Position numbers and translations under genes: made by a program. From positions 186,001 through 250,000 of the forward strand of contig NIVC01000029.1 in assembly GCA_002269645.1 (NCBI GenBank): 64,000 nt of DNA, in the 5' to 3' direction. Below the pieces are notes generated by a model. It was given only the letters and a program-made list of their open reading frames with translations, did no database searches and was not told where the DNA came from. This document shows positions 1 to 11,965 of this stretch, in pieces. Every line of letters starts with the position of its first letter. The stretch's first letter is position 1. Source of the stretch: Macrostomum lignano (taxonomy: Eukaryota).

Positions 1-173
1 CTGCCCACAGCCGGTGCAGGAGGTGCTGCTGCTCACGCTGCAGGCACCCTAACCGGCGAGGTCAAGCGCGAACTCGGCGTTACGTCGACTGTCTGCTGAC
101 TGACGCCGGCGCCCCGGACACTGCCAGTGGCGGGGCCTTTGTTCGCACCCAAGCCATGAAGCGTGCCCTGTGA
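1..173 (+). mobile_element. 3' end of a non-LTR retrotransposon (RTE-like) ORF, decayed
   Basis: Reads PQPVQEVLLLTLQAP(+1 frameshift)RRGQARTRRYVDCLLTDAGAPDTASGGAFVRTQAMKRAL*. This is clearly paralogous to the C-terminus of the YADD RT remnant at 63175-63971 (PVQDVLLLTLQGPLRRSQARTRRYVDCLLCDARAPDTANGADFVRSQALRRAI*). A short (TTG)n tract follows at ~206-220. Confidence 0.75.
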
Positions 174-1224
174 CGCTGACTTTTGCCATCCTGACAGCGT
201 ATTTTCTTGTTGTTGTTGTCTGCTCTCAGTAACACCAAGACACTGAGTTTGGCAAAAAGCAACGAAAATTGGACTTGTAAATAATCCCTTTGCTTGTTCT
301 TCACTATCCCAACTCCAATTTTTGTTTCTTTTTTTGCCAAACTTTCAGCTTCCTGGTGTCCTGGTCACCATGAGCAAATGATGAATCATTTGTGTAAAAA
401 GGTCACTCGGGCTCCACTTTATGAGCTTAAGTTGACAGGCCCTTTAATGGTGATGCATGATACATATCAAGTCTTAGTTTGCCCTTCGATCCTCTCATCT
501 CTGCTCTTGCCTCTCACCACTTCCTTCTTTTCTTTCTCCCTTTGACTTTTTTTCCTCCTGCTTGTCTCTTCTCTTTCATATCTCTTCTTCTAATGTTAAT
601 AAAGTAACTAAAGTAATAAAAAATCTAATTCTTACTGAGATCTTCTTTGCTTGTCAGTTGGTTCCCAAGGTGATTAGGTACTGAAAGCTGCCTGACTTCT
701 TCTACTTCTTTTCCTTTTGCCTTTATTTATTTATCTGAGCTTTATTTATCTGAACTTAAGCCTATAGGCTCCACAGTCCGCACTATCCTAATCACAATGT
801 GTATATTGCTATATAATATGAAAAATGTTGTTTGAGTCCCTAACCTTATGGATTTAGAGCCCTCCCTGAATTGAAAGTGAAAACATTTATTTTAAGTATT
901 CTTTGCTATTATTGACTTTTGCCAAAAATTCCTTTAAATTCCTTGTGGGTTGAAACCTTCCTACAACCTACACTCCAAATCATATAGTATAGACCCAAAA
1001 ATTTGGGCATCCATTGGCCCTGCATGACAAAATTTAGGACTTAGATATACATAGCAAGACTCCTAATAAAAAAGTGCACATGTACACCTAAGTGTGCAAT
1101 ACATAGAATCAGGTGAAAGAATTAGTATTAAGTGGAAAAAAGATTGAAAAGTTCATTTTTAAGCAAAAGCTTTCTGGTTTTTAAGCTTATAATATATCTT
1201 TTTTTATTAGAGGCAGGGGGTTGT

Positions 1225-1559
1225 ATGCATCCTGGCGCACTTTAAGCGACATGGGCACACAACTGGCGAGAGGCTTTACTGCCCATTTTGCCAACTCCCC
1301 TGAGGAGGCATACAAGTGTGCGGATATGTACGCAGGCATATACTCACACAGGAGTGTACAGCGGCCCTAAATTTATATTATCGTTAGGCATGTACACTTC
1401 ACTGCTGCGCCTTGGGAGGTTGGCTCTCAAGGCCATTAATTGCACGAGCAGAGCCAAGCCGAGATTCCAATTCAGCCTCAGATTAATGTGACTGCACTCG
1501 GAATCGAGCCTGGGTCGCTGGCACACCAGAGCAGCTACGCTACTGCTGGGCTATGGCCC
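1225..1559 (-). mobile_element. tRNA-derived SINE (family copy 1)
   Basis: The minus strand starts GGGCCATAGCCCAGCAGTAGCG (A-box-like) ... GGCTCGATTCC (B-box-like). The body is shared with 46240-46509 (+) and 30991-31150 (-). Confidence 0.7.
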
Positions 1560-3946
1560 ATCTTATAATATATCATTTAAACAAATTTTCATGGGTATCA
1601 ACTTTTTTTACTATAAATATCATAGGCAAAAAAGACAAATCATAAACCAAATAATTAGCCAAAAAGATCCTATACACAATGTGCTTGCTTGCATGTGTAA
1701 ATTTTGCAAATATAATGCCATACATGTGGCAATGTTGAATTAAAATTTTGTCAACATTGGTTACAAATAACAAAAATTATTAATGTTTTAAATCAGGTGC
1801 ATTATGTGGTCCATCTTGTATTACATGCAATGTATAAATAAACAATAAAAATTTTTTTGTTTGCTTTGAATCTTTGAAACTAAATTATACACAAATGAAT
1901 TAACTAATCATTTAATATATACTATGTCATATAAGAATACTAAAACAGTTAATACACCCACCACAAAATAGTCATTTTGTCTATTGACCAATTTGAAAAT
2001 GTAGGTGTAAACCTAAATTTTTTGGCATGCATTTGTAACTTTTCAATTTTTATTCAGGCATGCACCTAGCATAATCATAGACATGGCCCACAACCATGTC
2101 TGCATTCTTTTGTTTTATAATCACATAGCACTATCCTATGGGAATTGGGACTTTTATTATATGATCCCCAATAGAAAATGAAAAGGTTAAGTTAAAATTG
2201 CTCTTAAAATCAAATTTCAAAATAGGACCATTTTTAAAAGTATTTTTATAGTAATATCAAATCTTGTGTCTTGTAGAAATGTGTAGCTTATATTCACTTT
2301 TGACTTTGTTATATAATCATTTAAATGGTGTCTAGTGAAATTTGTAGGTGATCTGTGATCATAAGACAAAACCAAATTCACTTTCATATTATGATCACCT
2401 TACAAAACATACATCCATTTAACTAGGGGGGATTATAAGACAAAAGTGAGGGAGAGGTGCCCAGAATTAGTTTGCAGTTTTGCAGCTTTTCCTAGCCTAT
2501 CATTTTGAAGTGATAGGAAATTGTTGGTATAGGCCTAATCAATGTTTCAATTAAACACACAAGTTCAGCCTCTACAATGTCCACAAACTGAAAGCCACAA
2601 AATCACCAAAAACTGCAAACATGTTATATTATTTAGTCTTAGACTGGGGCCTAGTTTTATATACAGATAGGGCCTACACCCACTATATACCAGCATTCTT
2701 TTGTTTTACGATCCCTGAGCAGGTCAAGTTTTTTCTTACGATCCCCATTAAAAAAGAGTCAAAAAGACACTCTAGTTTATCAAAAAGTACATTTCACATT
2801 TATTTTCTAAGAACAAAATCATTGCAACTCACTTTCCAGTCAACCTAATTCATCACTGCAACTCACTTTTCAGTCAACTTGAGGATTGTGGGCGTAGTAT
2901 TAGTTATGAAAGCACGTAGCTTATTTTCACTTTCGTCATACGATCATTTAAATGGTAAAGTTATATGCAGATGATTGCAAGATAAAACCAAATCCGAAAG
3001 AGCTTGTAGGTTTCAAATTACGATCACCACATTGGTAGAATTGTATGAGAGGGATTGTATGACAAAAGTGAATGGATTACATATTATATCCCTGGCAAAG
3101 TTGCACCAGTTCATGGAGGGCTTTAGATACGAACTGCTATATCAATCTCCATCAATGATTGATAGGGTTCAAGAATGAAATTGTATTTATTATAAGATTT
3201 ACAAGTGCCGCCCCCTCACTTTTGTCATACAATCCCCCCAGTTCATTGGACCTATATGTTAGGCCTATACCGAGGGATGATCATATGACAAAAGTGAGGG
3301 GGGGCATAGGGCAGTGGCGGTGATTGAAAAGGCGTGCAAAAAGAGCCATGTAAAAAGAGCCAGGTGGCTTTCGGTTTGTGGACATATTAGAGGCTGCAAT
3401 TGATTGTTTAGTCGAAATGTCTATTACCATGGTGCGGAAGGATGGGTATATGCCAGAAATCTCTGTCGTACACAGGGATTGCCTGTCGTACATGTCGTAC
3501 ATCGCTAATTTTTGGGGGGGCGCTATGTTGTACACTGTCGTACATGTAAACATGTTACATGTCTGTCTGTCGTACACTTGTCAATGTCATACGACTCATA
3601 CGTGAAGTATAGACATAGTTAGTATTCCTTTGATGGACAATCGGACACCAGTACCAGATACTCGTAGTCTCGTAACTAACTCATAACGTCGTTGTTAACG
3701 TATTGCGTTGAAGCAAAGAAGTAAAAATTCTATAGTTGCACTTTTCCACTCAAAGGGTAATTTAAATTATCAGTATTATATTTGTACAAACTCTTAAATT
3801 CAATTTTATTGGCGCAAAACTATACTTGACATTGCAAGCAGAAAAGTACAATATATCTGTTGTTTTACTTTGCATATTAAAAAAAACGCAATATCAAGAA
3901 TTTCCCGCACCTACCCACATATGTAAGTGCCACTATTTTTGTCGTA

Positions 3947-4639
3947 CAGCCCATACTCAGGAAGGTGGCCTGCATGCGGGAATTTTCCCTTGTGCACAAG
4001 CCACGCTAAAATTTTGGCGTGCAAAGTTGGCGTGCAAATAGGGGTCTCAAGCCACGCCTAAATTTTCAGCATACAAGTTTTTTACTTGGCGTGTAACCTT
4101 GGCGTGCAATTACAAACTGACAGTATATCAACAAGTCAGATATAGATATATACACTATATATATACAATATATAAAGTTAAACGTGAACAATTGAATTTG
4201 AATATTGATTAAACCAACTAGTTGAGGCTACAGCCTAGCCTACAGCCAGGCCTACACTCTGCAGCCTATATTAAAATTAAAATATCCAATAACTTTTAAA
4301 TGCTCTTATTTTGTGACTCTTGTAGACTTTCAGTTTATTTGTTTCTTGAAATATGAAGAAAAAGTTTTTGATACTCACTATGTTCTTTGTAGCGAATTTC
4401 CTTTTTTATATAAACTTTGTTTAACGTAAGTAGAAAATTTATTTAAAAATAGTATCCAATACAGTTAATATTCAAATCACACGTACATGAGGCGTACATG
4501 ATTTTGGTATTCAAGATTTTTGGCGTGCAACAGAAACGTCATGTTAAGGGTTTTAAAAAATTGGCGTACATTGGCGTGCACCAAGGATTTTTCCATAAAC
4601 TGATTCCTGCGTACACTTGCCACCTTCCTGACTATGGCG
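3947..4639. mobile_element. Non-autonomous TIR element (MITE), TA-flanked
   Basis: Imperfect TIRs CAGCCCATACTCAGGAAGGTGGC / GCCACCTTCCTGACTATGGCG, TA on both sides, and internal GGCGTGCA/GGCGTACA repeats. Confidence 0.5.
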
Positions 4640-5125
4640 TACAACACTTCCTTAAATTCTAACTCTGTCGTACAACACTAGTACCATTTTCCAATCCCTG
4701 TCGTACTGTCATACAACAGGCCGAAATGAAAATTTACCTTCCGTCGTATACAGAAATCCTTCCGCACTATGGGTCTATTAGGCCTATAGCAACAATTTTC
4801 TACCATTTTATCATACGATCCTTCCAATACAATTTTACTATTAGTGTGATTGTAAATCAAAATCTACAAGCTCTTTTGGTTTTGTCTTGCAATCATCTGC
4901 ATATAAATTCACCATTTAAATGATTGCATAACAAAAGTGAATATAAGGACAGGCTTCTAACTTCTATAAGACAAGATTTTATGTTAAAATGACACACTTA
5001 GAAATGGTCCCATTTGGAAGTTCGATTTCAAGAGTAATTTTTCGTCCTGTGTGGGGGGATTGTATAACGAAACTCCCGACTCCCATAGGGACAGTGCTAG
5101 GTGATCGTAAAACGAAAGAATGCCC

Positions 5126-5687
5126 GGCAATCCTACACTTCTGTTCAGTAAATTATTTTAACATTTGAATTTGTACCACGGAGTCAAATGACGTCAATTG
5201 GCAATGTGTCTATGGCCAAAAGTTTGAGCGAACAGAGTTTAAGGGGGTGTCAGTTTAAGGGAGCTGTTGCTTGTGAGCTGCTTGTTTTTTGAGCTTCAAT
5301 TTCTCATTTCCCATCGGCTGCACTTCGTAGATCCAGCAGACCCAACAGTCCACACCAACACCGTGGAGGGCACATAGGCCCACGCAAAGTGCAAGATCTG
5401 CAACATGCATAGCACGAGCGATGCTCTCTTCGATGCACACATTGAGGAATTCCTCTGGCGTTGTCTATATCCCCAATGTCCATTTGGGGCTATCCTGTAC
5501 TGGATTGGACATTACTATCCATTATAGACACCTTAATGACCTGCAGACACACTCTAAGTGACTATGCGCTCTAACAGACTGCTACCATGTTCCACTGTTT
5601 CAGTTTTGTTTGGTTACATTGTTATTTAACACGCCTGTTCAAAATTCAGTGTCAAAATAATTTACCGAACGGAAGTGTAGGATTGCC
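5126..5687 (+). mobile_element. Merlin (IS1595-like) non-autonomous deletion derivative
   Basis: 34-bp TIRs GGCAATCCTACACTTCYGTTCRGTAAATTATTTT with 2 mismatches, and an 8-bp TSD GAATGCCC (5118-5125, 5688-5695). 5312-5527 reads HRLHFVDPADPTVHTNTVEGT*AHAK...LFDAHIEEFLWR, matching the Merlin/IS1595 C-terminal FVDP..HTNxIEGxW and EFxWR motifs. Confidence 0.85.
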
Positions 5688-6144
5688 GAATGCCCATATA
5701 CCATATCATACATAAGCAAACAAAAATTTAATCAAACTTACAAAAGGGTACTGATTAACCCTTTGATTTCTACGTCTTTTCTTTTTACGCGTAATTTTCG
5801 GGCTCTGTGAAGAAGCCAAAAGAAACCATTGAAAGGAATGAATGCAAGAACGGTCAACAACACAGCGGACTAAGTCACAGTAAAATGTTAGCAACAGAGC
5901 AGAGCAGTCTGCCGCCGTTATAATAAATGTTGACAGAATTAAAAAACAATTGTATTAAAAACAAAATAACTTTTTACGTTTAATATTAGAAGGATATTAG
6001 TCATACGTATGTTACAAAAAGACAATAATAAAAAAAGTACTTCATTCTATTTTTTATACTTGCTATAAAACGACTTTATTTTTTTATTCAAGTTTATTTA
6101 TTTATGTAAAATTGTGCGTCACATGGAGCTATAGACTAACTACT

Positions 6145-6496
6145 GAATTCACCGGCTGTTGGGTTCACCGGATTTTTAACTTTATTTTTAAGGGTTGGAA
6201 ATATATATAATCGATAGCGCAAGTAAAACTAGAGATGCGCCTAGATTTTTGGCTCTGCGCGTTGCCCCTGGACATCAGGAGGGCGATTTTTGTTATTTTT
6301 TGGGGGGTGAAACCGGCGGTGAACCCAATAAATCCTTCCAGAGAGCTGAAAACCTATCATGCAATATTTCAAAGCAAGATATAGGCAGATTTCGACGTGC
6401 GCATAAAATTTCAGCGTTGCGCGTTGCTCCTGAACGCGAAGGAGAACGGTTTTTGTTAAATTCCGGTGGTGAATGACTGCCGCTGAACTCCGCGGT
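6145..6496. mobile_element. Degenerate MITE-like element
   Basis: Imperfect inverted ends GAATTCACCGGC..TTCACCGGATTTTTAAC / GTTAAATTCCGGTGGTGAA..GCTGAACTC; internal direct repeat GCGCGTTGCYCCTGRAC x2. Confidence 0.35.
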
Positions 6497-7958
6497 GAAG
6501 GAAATTAAGTGCGTTTCCCGAGTCGAAAAATAGTAAATTTTACTTCTACAAAAGCTATCAAAGTAAAATTTTATCACTTTTATCAGTATTTTTGCATTCC
6601 CTTTTGTGTTGATTCTTAAGCTATTTATTTTAATGCAAAGCGAAAAAAGTTCGAACTACGAGTATTGAGTACTGCGTGCGCAGGCGGCGGCAGATGGCTA
6701 GCACGTTGCAGGGCACTTGCTCACATCAAAGACAAAGCCAAAGTGTTGTGGTATTTTTGTGCACATACTTTTTAAAGCCTGTATTAATATAATATATTAA
6801 AGTAAAAACTTCTATTTCGATACATCTATTTGGTCAAATATAGACATACAATATTTAAGATTCTATAGTTTCCATTAAATTTTATAATTGAATTAAGGGA
6901 GGCACCTATAGGCTATAGTATATTTACTTTTATGCAAAATAGCAATTACCATGTAATAATATTGACCCTACACTGGCCATGTCAATATAATTACTTATAA
7001 TTACCAATACTAGTCAATAAATATTTTTATATTTGATTTTATTGTAAATATGTTTCTATAATAATAATCCATCCATATATAATAAATTTTACTCTTAAAA
7101 TTCTTTTTCTTCTTTCTAACTGTAATTGCTAATTGAAAATTAGAATATACCAAGAATTAGTATGGCTCAGTTTTGTAAATTAAAAAAAATTCTGTGCTTT
7201 CTAATATTGTGCATTCTTTATCATAGCACAAAATAATTTAAAATTGAAATTGCTAAATAGATAAGTAACATTTTGAAATTTGTATATATTAAAATTAGAG
7301 ACTAATTTCAGGGGCATAGCTAGGAATTTCCTATGGGAGGATACACCAAGGTGAAAGTGCTATGACAGAGTCACATGGTAGCATGTATAGCAACAAAGGG
7401 CAACAAAAAAGTTTTTGTCAGACTCTTTAGGTAGGGGGTATATGGTATAGGACCAAGACCGCCACACTTGGGGGAGCTAAGGGGGAGGAATTTGGCTTGC
7501 CATGTTATTAGATGGTACTGAGAAGGGGTAAGATGAGAGAGCTAGCAGGACAAGGCCGCAAGAGAAGAACTGGTGAGCAGGCCAAGTGGGTGAGTGAGCC
7601 AGGCTCCTCATTTTTTTCATTCAATTTGAATTGTAAAGTAACAATGAGATATTGTTAAAATTGCCCTGGTTGACTTGCAATCATTTTGGGCCACTTATTT
7701 GTCTTATTAGTGACTAATCTTGGGATGTTTCCTCCTTATCTAACTCCACAACCCATCACAACCAATAGCAATGCTGGAAGATTGGTAGCTCCCCCTCAAT
7801 TCCAGTAGGCCTAGCCAGTGAGAACTTATTTTGCATTATAATATAGGAATGGCATAACTTATAAACTAGAATTACCAATGCAACAAAGGATCACTAAGAC
7901 TAGACAAGTTGGTATGGCAATAGTGTCACATTGAAGACTTATTGGTTGCCAATCTTGA

Positions 7959-9181
7959 ATGCTCATTAGGAATTATATTTGTACCCAGAAACACAATACA
8001 CACAATAAATTGTGTTTTTTGTGTTTACATCAGTCTAGCCTGCTATTGAGCTATCTAGAAGCTGCACACTGATAGAATGCAATTTTTCTCAGGGATATTA
8101 CTTCTTTCTTAGTTACAGGGACCAATATGCTCATTAGGAATTATATTTGTACCCAGAAACACAATACACATAATAAATTGTTTTTTGTGTTTACATCAGT
8201 CTAGCCTGCTATTGAGCTATCTAGAAGCTGCACACTGATAGAATGCAATTTTTCTCAGGGATATTACTTCTTTCTAAGTTACAGGGACCAATATGCTCAT
8301 TAGGAATTATATTTGTACCCAGAAACACAATACACACAATAAATTGTGTTTTTTGTGTTTACATCAGTCTAGCCTGCTATTGAGCTATCTAGAAGCTGCA
8401 CACTGATAGAATGCAATTTTTCTCAGGGATATTACTTCTTTCTAAGTTACAGGGACCAATATGCTCATTAGGAATTATATTTGTACCCAGAAACACAATA
8501 CACACAATAAATTGTGTTTTTTGTGTTTACATCAGTCTAGCCTGCTATTGAGCTATCTAGAAGCTGCACACTGATAGAATGCAATTTTTCTCAGGGATAT
8601 TACTTCTTTCTTAGTTACAGGGACCAATATGCTCATTAGGAATTATATTTGTACCCAGAAACACAATACACACAATAAATTGTGTTTTTTGTGTTTACAT
8701 CAGTCTAGCCTGCTATTGAGCTATCTAGAAGCTGCACACTGATAGAATGCAATTTTTCTCAGGGATATTACTTCTTTCTAAGTTACAGGGACCAATATGC
8801 TCATTAGGAATTATATTTGTACCCAGAAACACAATACACACAATAAATTGTGTTTTTTTGTGTTTACATCAGTCTAGCCTGCTATTGAGCTATCTAGAAG
8901 CTGCACACTGATAGAATGCAATTTTTCTCAGGGATATTACTTCTTTCTAAGTTACAGGGACCAATATGCTCATTAGGAATTATATTTGTACCCAGAAACA
9001 CAATACACACAATAAATTGTGTTTTTTTGTGTTTACATCAGTCTAGCCTGCTATTGAGCTATCTAGAAGCTGCACACTGATAGAATGCAATTTTTCTCAG
9101 GGATATTACTTCTTTCTAAGTTACAGGGACCAATATGCTCATTAGGAATTATATTTGTACCCAGAAACACAATACACACAA
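7959..9181. repeat. Tandem satellite, ~168-bp unit, 7 full copies plus a partial
   Basis: Unit starts (ATGCTCATTAGG) at 7959, 8127, 8293, 8461, 8629, 8797, 8966 and 9135; copies are nearly identical. Confidence 0.97.
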
Positions 9182-9230
9182 AACCGAGACAGACAGAGGA
9201 GACAGAGCAGATGAGACACCCACTACCCGG

Positions 9231-9320
<90 letters not shown>

Positions 9321-9332
9321 GTCTCGGTTTTG
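9179..9332. mobile_element. 154-bp mini-element with 20-bp perfect TIRs enclosing a (CT)n microsatellite
   Basis: CAAAACCGAGACAGACAGAG (9179-9198) / CTCTGTCTGTCTCGGTTTTG (9313-9332); (CT)n ~9231-9312. No TSD recognised. Confidence 0.6.
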
Positions 9333-10684
9333 ATCTGTTGACTCCCCCCGTGTTTTGTTATTACAATCTTGTGCATCACTGACTATCTGCCACTGAAATG
9401 TATTTATACTCTACGTTTTGACTTAAATTAAATAAATTCCAATCTGCCCGATGATGCCTAAAGTTAGGCGAAACATGTCGTTCTAATGAAAATGCTCGCA
9501 ATCTCCTTTCTTTTATATTCTTAGGCCTATTATTATATCTAAAGCTGAGTCACTCGACCAGGCAACCAGGTTTTCATTTTTTCATTTACTTGTTTCATTT
9601 AAAACTATGTTTTATTTGAACTTGCTTTAAAAATCGTCAAAAAATCTGCAAAAATTTTATATTATGGCACTAGTCTTAGTCTATTACTACAGTATATTAT
9701 TATTAGCTAATGTCTGTAACTATTAAAGAATCGACCTGTTTCAACTATCTTACTCTTAGCCTTAGGCCTACTCTTAGCAAATATTGAATAATTCTTTAAC
9801 CAAGACAAACATACCATCACATCATGGGAAAATTTCTTCTTTGATCAAATGGTGCAACTGCAAGTTTGGAGAAAATTGCCCACATAACCAAAAGCCTCGC
9901 GGAAAGACCGCGTCGACATTGCCTGGCGACTCGCAAAATTGTTGCCGGGCGACTGCCCAATTATCGCCAAAGTGTCGCCTTTGTCCGCCTGTGCGATATC
10001 GCTGTGGATCGCCCCGCGATATCGCCTGGCGAGTCTCTGTCGTAGTTACAGCGATGCACTCGTATACTTTACCGCTCTTTCAAGGGATAAAATTTTGTTA
10101 CGAAAAAAACTAAGACTGAAGCTGAAGACACAGAAACAATTTCACAGTTCTATATAGAGGATGTCAAACACCAAGTGACCTCCTCGTCCTCAATAACAGA
10201 GTATGTAATTTCCTATAATCCTTTATTTTAGATTAAGACATTCAGGGGTATTAAAACGGTAAAAAGGTGTAACATTGTTGTGTAATGTACAATAAGATGG
10301 AAAAGACGGTCACATTAATTCAATTACTAAAGCACTTACTAAAGGCAAGTCAAATTAAAAGTAACATAGTAGCCCCGCCATTGCGGGAGAAAAATTCCCT
10401 GGGTTTCCCTGGACATTCAAGGACTTTTATTCTAAGGATTTTCCAGGATATCTCAATCCCTTCAATTTTTGAGGCGCCCACCCCCGAATTCTTCAGGCAC
10501 CCTTCAACTTTTACAATTTTCCTGGTGCCCTTCAATTTTTGAGGCACACTCCTGAATTCTTGAGGTGCATTTCATTTTTAGGCACCCTTGCAATTTTTCA
10601 AGCGCCCTTCAATTTCTGAACTTTAAGTATTTTCTTTTACTTCTATCTACATGTCCTCATTGTTAAAATTAATATGATCTAATA

Positions 10685-11965
10685 CCGGGTGTTGCAAAAA
10701 AAACTTGACAAATCTGTTTACTAAAAACAAAGGCCCCCTAGAAAGGCAAGCATGATTAAAACCAAGTAAAAAGCTATTAAATATAAACATAGGCATGAGT
10801 AGCACATGTTCAGTCAATGTAGCCGCCGTTGGCCGAAACAACTCTCTCCAGGCGTGACCGGAAGCTGGAGCACACACTGATTATGAAATCGGGCGGCATG
10901 TTCGTCCATTTCTCAGACACACTGGCTTTGAGTGCCTCAACGCTTGGATGTCGCATAGCGCAGGCCTCAGACTCTACACGCGCCCAAATGGCGAAGTCCA
11001 GCGGGTTTAGGTCTGGTGACTGGGGTGGCCAAAACGATTTGTCCCAAAACGACATCTTCTGTGCCATCCAGCTCTGCACAGTGATAGCCGTGTGTGCAGG
11101 TGCTCCGTCCTGCTGGAACACATAAGGCTTCCCCTTAGTGACTCGAGTGATCCATGGGAGCACTTTCTTCTGTAGAACTGCCTTGTAGTCGGCCGCATTT
11201 AGGCGATACCCTTGCGAGAACCAAACAGGAGGCATGACGTCACCGCTGGAGGCTACGACGTCATCATCGAGCATCATCACGGAGGCCGGATGCTTGGTGG
11301 TGGAAACATACCGGCGGGCTCGATCCTCCTTGCTGAAGCTGACAAATCGATCATTTTGCCGGTTGAACACGGGATCGATGCTGAATGTCTTCTTATCCGA
11401 GAAAATCAGAATGCGACCGCCAAAGCTTTTCAAGTTGTTAAGCAACTTCTTGGACTGCTCCAATTGTATCTGCTGCTGCTGATCTGACAGCAGTGGCCGC
11501 TCAACTTGGCGAAGGGAAGTGCCTCCAGCACTCTTGACAGCTCTAGAGACTGTTGATTTGCTAACACCTGCCGCCTCAGCCACCTCGGACATTTTGGCCA
11601 TTGGGTTGTCCGTGAAAATCTGCCTGACTTCGGCCAAGTCGAGTTTTGGAGGCCTGCCCGATCCTGGCTGTCTTTCGAGCCCTTTGCCGTCATCCAGTCG
11701 CCTTTTGATGTCATAGACTGCCTGCCGGCTGATGCCAATGCTCTTGGCAATCTGCGCCACAGGCATGCCCGCGTCCAGTAAGGTCGACACTCTGTGCCTT
11801 CTTGCTTCCATTTCAGACTGTGCAGATGCAATTGGCTTCGCTGTAAGAGCAAATGAATGCTTAGAAAGAGCGCTTCGAAATGACTATAAAATATCTGATA
11901 TTGATGCTATATAGGCCTATTTATATAGGGAATTAGAAGTGTCAAGTTTTTTTTGCAACACCCGG
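10685..11965 (-). mobile_element. Full-length Tc1/mariner (maT-like) DNA transposon, 1281 bp
   Basis: Perfect 26-bp TIRs CCGGGTGTTGCAAAAAAAACTTGACA (10685-10710; 11940-11965) and a TA TSD (10683-84, 11966-67). Confidence 0.95.
10810..11811 (-). CDS. Tc1/mariner transposase, 333 aa, uninterrupted ORF
   Basis: Two N-terminal HTH motifs (PVAQIAKSIGISRQAVY; KMSEVAEAAGVSKSTVSR). Catalytic FSD(K)K, VFQQDGAPAH, WPPQSPDLNPLD; 36 residues between the 2nd and 3rd D. Confidence 0.93.
   Translation of the reverse strand: MEARRHRVSTLLDAGMPVAQIAKSIGISRQAVYDIKRRLDDGKGLERQPGSGRPPKLDLAEVRQIFTDNPMAKMSEVAEAAGVSKSTVSRAVKSAGGTSLRQVERPLLSDQQQQIQLEQSKKLLNNLKSFGGRILIFSDKKTFSIDPVFNRQNDRFVSFSKEDRARRYVSTTKHPASVMMLDDDVVASSGDVMPPVWFSQGYRLNAADYKAVLQKKVLPWITRVTKGKPYVFQQDGAPAHTAITVQSWMAQKMSFWDKSFWPPQSPDLNPLDFAIWARVESEACAMRHPSVEALKASVSEKWTNMPPDFIISVCSSFRSRLERVVSANGGYID

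Noticed and set aside
3649-6674. One large element bounded by CAGTACCAGATACTCGTAG / CTACGAGTATTGAGTACTG
   Set aside because: Only 16 of 19 bases match and there is no TSD, so it could be chance or two separate remnants.
9085-9379. ORFs with SLSLSL/ERERER runs
   Set aside because: Translations of the satellite end and the (CT)n microsatellite.
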